In this document: positions 58,876-64,000 of the stretch, in pieces
Position numbering within the stretch: position 1 is the stretch's first letter
Layout: each line of letters begins with the position of its first letter
Assembly (NCBI GenBank): GCA_964016885.1
Contig: OZ024741.1
Span: 370,016,001-370,080,000, forward strand
Direction of reading: 5' to 3'
DNA length: 64,000 bases
Source: Eledone cirrhosa
Taxonomy: Eukaryota
Made by a program: the position numbers and the translations under genes
Notes under the pieces: model-generated
Told to the model about the DNA's origin: nothing
Databases searched by the model: none
The model's input: the letters and a program-made list of their open reading frames with translations, nothing else

Positions 58876-59285
58876 TCCAGCCGGATCAATTGTAAACGGT
58901 TACTTCTGACAGGACCGGCTGCAAGGAGTAATTTTTTTCATTATTTTGATACTGATTATATGCCCATACTGTGTAACAAAGGCAGCTATTGGCTATTCCT
59001 CTGACTGTTACATTTGTATTGTGTCTCCCCATGTATTGCGATACATGCTTGCGAGCGGGCGTCTTACGTACTATTTCTGGTTATCTCTTCGTTTCATTCT
59101 AACCCAAGATGTTAGATAGCACCTCTTTAAATTCACATTTTGAAAACATAAAAACGCCACCCTCTCTATGTGAGACAAAGGTAAATCAGTTTCCTCTATG
59201 TCCGATGCTGCATATATCGTTTGGTTAAGAAGATTAAAATTAATATTGGATGGTACGTTGGCGTACGATATATGTGTAAGCGTGA

Positions 59286-59352
<67 letters not shown>

Positions 59353-59541
59353 GTAATAATAATAATAATAATAATAAATTGGCCCCGCCACGCTTTTTGG
59401 AACGCTTCAAAAGGCATGCTTGCTGGGAACAGCAAGAACCCTCCGATACGTCCTGAATATCTGAGGCTGCAGGTAGTGGCTTGATATTCATTTCAACAAA
59501 CTTTCCAGTTAACTAACATCAATGACTGAGACTCAAAGAAC

Positions 59542-59582
<41 letters not shown>

Positions 59583-60223
59583 GGAGGAGGCTAGCCCACT
59601 GTGCAGGATCTGTGGAGAGAGAGAGAGGAGACTGTGGCTCACATTGTATCCGAGTGTAAACACCTAGCCCAGACTCACTATAAAGGCTGGAGACATGATG
59701 TGATGGGCAGGGTAATCCACTGGCACCTACGCAAAGTAAACAATTTACCACATTCTGAGAAGTGGTATGAGCATAAGCCAGAGTCGGTAATAGAAAAGGA
59801 TACAGACGGACAAGAAACTGGAACACAATAGACCTAACCTGGTGGTTTTGGACAAGGAAAAAAGATCGTGTCTGATTGTGGATGTGGCCTGCCCATTCGA
59901 CACGAGAGGCAAGAGAAGGAGAGGGAGAAAATTAACCGATACCAGGACTTAAAGTGGGAGGTAAAAAGGATTTGGAACTGCCATGAGGTCAAAGTGGTCC
60001 CGATTGTCATAGGCGCACTAGGTACTATCTCAAAGAGTTTCCAAGGATGGTTAAAGAAAATTGGCCCCGCCCCGCTTTTTGGAACACTTCAAAAGGCATG
60101 CTTGCTGGGAACAGCAAGAACCCTCCGATACGTCCTGAATATCTGAGGCTGCAGGTAGCGGCTTGATATTCATTTCAACAAACTTTCCAGTTAAATAACA
60201 TCAATGACTGAGACTCAAAGAAC

Positions 60224-60278
<55 letters not shown>

Positions 60279-60622
60279 TGTGGATGTGGCCTGCCCATTC
60301 GACACGAGAGTGCAAGAGAAGGAGAGGGAGAAAATTAACCGATACCAGGACTTAAAGTGGGAGGTAAAAAGGATTTGGAACTGCCATGAAGTCAAAGTGA
60401 TCCCGATTGTCATAGGCACACTGGGGACTATCTCCAAAAGTTTCCAGGGATGGTTAAAGAAAATCGGCCCCTTCACGCTTTTTGGAACGCTTCAAGAGGC
60501 ATGCTTGCTGGGAACAGCAAGAACCCTCCGATACGTCCTGAATATCTGAGGCTGCAGGTAGTGGCTTGATATTCATTCCAACGGACTTTCCAGTTAACTA
60601 ACATCAATGACTGAGATTCAAG

Positions 60623-60690
<68 letters not shown>

Positions 60691-63630
60691 GTGGGAGACC
60701 TATGAACCTAAGATTTGTAGACAGGAAAAAGTTAAAAGAAACAACAGCTAAGGTAAACAAAGTCATCCCATACCTTGAGGCGAGGAGCCTTCACCAGTGC
60801 AACAATATCCTCAAAGCAACAGCAAATACGGTGAGGAAACTACTTGGTATAAAAGCGAGAGGAAACAACAGACAAGAAAGAGCAGAGCCGTGGTGGAAGA
60901 AGCGACTGAGTGGGCAAATCGGGGAAATGAGAAATGACATAGGAAAGCTTGAGTCACTACTGAATGGGACACTAAAAAACATAGGCACTAAAAATAGACT
61001 GGAAATAAAATACAAAACTAGGAGGAAAAAGCTAAATATTATCATAGAGGAACTGAAGCAACGCATTGTAGCAAAGAGTGCAACAATCAGGCGATACGAG
61101 AACAGAGTCAGTCAGTATAAACAGAACCGCATGTTCGACAACAACCAGAAGATGCTGTTTGGACAGCTTGAGGGGAAAGAAAGAGGCAACGACTTGATCC
61201 CTGGGGCGGAGCAAACTAAAACATTCTGGAGAGGAATATGGGAGCAGGATGTTAGACATAATGTCCAGGCAGGGTGGATTGAGACAGTACAGAGGGAGAT
61301 CGGTGAGCAGGCACAGCAACAAACTGATTTGAGTATCACAGTTGAAACTCTTAAGGGGCAGGCCAAAAAACTAACCAACTGGAAATCACCAGGCCCAGAT
61401 GGTGTGCAGGGGTATTGGATTAAACATTTAACATCCCTCCACCCGAAGCTGACGGCCATGTTCAATGACTGCTTGGTGTCGGGTGAGGTGCCAGAGTGGT
61501 TGACAAAAGGTACCACAGTTCTGATAATGAAAGACCGAATCAAGGGTAATGATGTTACCAACTATAGACCTATCACATGCCTGTCCGTAATGTGGAAACT
61601 GTTGACGAGCATTGTGTCTGAGGAAATCTACCATCACCTCCACACAAACAACTTGTTACCGGACGAACAGAAAGGATGCCGAAAGAAGTCACGTGGTACA
61701 AAGGACCAGTTACTTATTGATAAGATGGTAATGGGGAATTGCAGGAGGAGACACACTGATCTTTCCATGGGATGGATAGACTACAGAAAGGCATTTGACA
61801 TGGTGCCTCATTCTTGGATCACCAAAAGCCTGGAGATCTTCAGGGTGGCAGATAACATCAGACAGTTGCTAGGCAGGAGTATGGGGTCCTGGGAGACAGA
61901 GTTGACATCAACTGGAGTATCCTTGGGAAGCGTGAAGATCAAGAGAGGTATCTTCCAGGGAGATAGCCTGTCCCCTCTGTTGTTTGTCCTTGCCCTGATG
62001 CCCTTGACCATTATGCTGCGAAAAGTGAGAGCAGGATACAAGTTGGGAAGGGGAGAGCTTACCATCAATCACCTCCTCTTCATGGACGATCTTAAGCTCT
62101 TCGGGAAAAGTGAGAAGGAGTTGGATGTGCTTGTTGACACTGTCCGTATTTTCAGCAGTGATATATGTATGCAGTTTGGTATTGGTAAATGTGGAGTCAT
62201 TGTGATGAGGAGGGGTAGGTTGAGCAGAAGTAACGGGATCCAGATACCAACAGGTGAGATGATAAAGGAAATTGACTCTGAGGAAGGATACAAGTATTTG
62301 GGCGTTCTGGAGGCTGATGGCATAAAGAACAAAAAAATGAAGGAATTGTTAAGAACTGAATACATTCGGAGAGTAAGGAGCGTATTGAAGTCACATCTGA
62401 ACAGCGGAAATGCCATAAGCGCAGTAAATTCCCGAGCTGTGTCTATTATTAGGTACAGTGCGGGAATTCTGAGATGGAATGTTGCTGAACAAAAAGAAAT
62501 GGATAGGAAGACTAGGAAGCTATTGACTATCTACAACATGTTCCACAAGAGGAGTGATGTCGATAGACTCTACCTAAGGAGATCTGAGGGTGGAAGAGGT
62601 CTTATCAGCATAGAGGACTGTGTTCAGATGGAGAAAAACAACCTATACAAATACGTGACCTATAGTAAGGAGCCAATGCTCAGAACTGTACTGAAGGAGG
62701 GGACAGTAGGCCAGGGGATGTCCAAGGAGGAAATAACATCAAGGAGGAATAGCAGCCTTAAGGGAAAATCCCTTCATAGTACCTTCTTTGAGAAAACTGA
62801 ATTTAGAGATCCACAGACATGGAACTGGTTGAGAAGAGGAGACCTCAAAAAGGCTACAGAAGGAATGCTAATGGCTGCGCAGGAGCAGGCCCTCAAAACG
62901 AAGTGGTTGAAGCACCATATTTACAAGGAGGAGGCTAGCCCACTGTGCAGGATCTGTGGAGAGAGAGAGGAGACTGTGGCTCACATTGTGTCCGAGTGTA
63001 AACACCTAGCCCAGACCCACTATAAGGGCTGGAGACACGATGTGATGGGCAGGGTGATCCACTGGCACCTGTGCAAAGTAAACAATTTACCACATTCTGA
63101 GAAATGGTATGAGCATAGGCCAGAGGCGGTGATGGAGAACAATCAGGTGAAGGTGCTGTGGGATTTTAGGATACAGACGGACAAAAAACTGGAACACAAT
63201 AGACCTGACCTGGTGGTTGTGGACAAAGAAAAAAGATCGTGTCTGATTGTGGATGTGGCCTGCCCGTTCGACACGAAAGTGCAAGAGAAGGAGAGGGAGA
63301 AAATTAACCGATACCAGGACCTAAAGTGGGAGGTGAAAAGGATTTGGAACTGCCATGAAGTCAAAGTGATCCCGATTGTCATAGGCGCACTGGGGACTAT
63401 CTCCAAAAGTTTCCAGGGATGGTTAAAGAAAATCGGCCCCTTCACGCTTTTTGGAACGCTTCAAAAGGCATGCTTGCTTGGAACGGCAAGAACCCTCCGA
63501 TACGTCCTGAATATCTGAGGCTGCAGGTAGTGGCTTGATATTCAATCCAACGGACTTTCCAGTTAACCAACATCAATGACTGAGATTCAAGGAATAACAA
63601 TAACAATAATAATAATAATAATAATAATTG
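59286..63630 (+). mobile_element. Tandem array of four R4/Dong-clade LINE copies separated by (TAA)n
   Basis: Copies at ~59379-59541, ~59581-60222, ~60279-60624 and ~60691-63593 share the same 3' end. Each is preceded and followed by (TAA)n. Confidence 0.93.
60702..63518 (+). CDS. R4/Dong-clade non-LTR retrotransposon protein (RT + CCHC + restriction-like endonuclease), 938 aa, probably N-truncated
   Basis: WKSPGPDG, YRPITCL, WIDYRKAFD, GIFQGDSLSPLLF, HLLFMDD, YKYLG, GGRGL, CRIC...ETVAHIVSEC, RHD, RPDLVV, DVACPFD, K..RYQDL. Confidence 0.96.
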   Translation: MNLRFVDRKKLKETTAKVNKVIPYLEARSLHQCNNILKATANTVRKLLGIKARGNNRQERAEPWWKKRLSGQIGEMRNDIGKLESLLNGTLKNIGTKNRLEIKYKTRRKKLNIIIEELKQRIVAKSATIRRYENRVSQYKQNRMFDNNQKMLFGQLEGKERGNDLIPGAEQTKTFWRGIWEQDVRHNVQAGWIETVQREIGEQAQQQTDLSITVETLKGQAKKLTNWKSPGPDGVQGYWIKHLTSLHPKLTAMFNDCLVSGEVPEWLTKGTTVLIMKDRIKGNDVTNYRPITCLSVMWKLLTSIVSEEIYHHLHTNNLLPDEQKGCRKKSRGTKDQLLIDKMVMGNCRRRHTDLSMGWIDYRKAFDMVPHSWITKSLEIFRVADNIRQLLGRSMGSWETELTSTGVSLGSVKIKRGIFQGDSLSPLLFVLALMPLTIMLRKVRAGYKLGRGELTINHLLFMDDLKLFGKSEKELDVLVDTVRIFSSDICMQFGIGKCGVIVMRRGRLSRSNGIQIPTGEMIKEIDSEEGYKYLGVLEADGIKNKKMKELLRTEYIRRVRSVLKSHLNSGNAISAVNSRAVSIIRYSAGILRWNVAEQKEMDRKTRKLLTIYNMFHKRSDVDRLYLRRSEGGRGLISIEDCVQMEKNNLYKYVTYSKEPMLRTVLKEGTVGQGMSKEEITSRRNSSLKGKSLHSTFFEKTEFRDPQTWNWLRRGDLKKATEGMLMAAQEQALKTKWLKHHIYKEEASPLCRICGEREETVAHIVSECKHLAQTHYKGWRHDVMGRVIHWHLCKVNNLPHSEKWYEHRPEAVMENNQVKVLWDFRIQTDKKLEHNRPDLVVVDKEKRSCLIVDVACPFDTKVQEKEREKINRYQDLKWEVKRIWNCHEVKVIPIVIGALGTISKSFQGWLKKIGPFTLFGTLQKACLLGTARTLRYVLNI

Positions 63631-63677
63631 TTTCTACTTGGCACAAGGCCAGCAATTACCCAGTGCATTACTGGTAC
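63626..63677 (-). mobile_element. 3' end of a MetaSINE-like copy abutting the Dong (TAA)n tail
   Basis: aattgtttctacttggcacaaggccagcaattacccagtgcattactggtac. Confidence 0.8.
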
Positions 63678-63789
63678 ATGATAATAATGGTCATATATTT
63701 GCGTGTGTATGTTTGCATCTCTCTTTCAATAATTCTAATCGTATGTACATATATTTATATATGTAACCATTTATATGGGAGCATAAACC

Positions 63790-63884
<95 letters not shown>

Positions 63885-63952
63885 ACTTATGTATGTATAT
63901 ACATATACATCTTCCCTTTCTCTCTTTCTCTCTCTCTCTATATATATATACT

Positions 63953-63998
<46 letters not shown>

Positions 63999-64000
63999 GA

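Overview
AT-rich, microsatellite-saturated eukaryotic genomic DNA. The repeat content ((TA)n, MetaSINE-like and tRNA-head SINEs, RTE, Penelope-like elements) suggests a cephalopod such as Octopus; this is inference. The only host gene I can support is a Tlx/Hox11 homeobox gene on the minus strand: homeobox exon 57929-58145 and last coding exon 57004-57214, with no upstream exon recognised in the window. Its inferred upstream intron holds four head-to-tail R4/Dong-clade LINE copies separated by (TAA)n, the last with an uninterrupted 938-aa RT + REL-endonuclease ORF. The rest is mostly Penelope-like element (PLE) material from several clades (Naiad-like, Nematis-like, Neptune-like) and short non-coding derivatives. 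By eye I found about 20 type I hammerhead ribozyme (HHR) motifs. Many sit in fold-back units carrying an HHR on each strand, and two sit in ~510-525 nt tandem or terminally redundant units resembling retrozymes, mostly bounded by (TA)n. Also present are mariner remnants and MITEs, an RTE remnant, minisatellites and long trinucleotide repeats. Most ORFs in the supplied track are microsatellite artefacts. Coordinates of degenerate repeats are approximate, and nothing was checked by database search or folding software.
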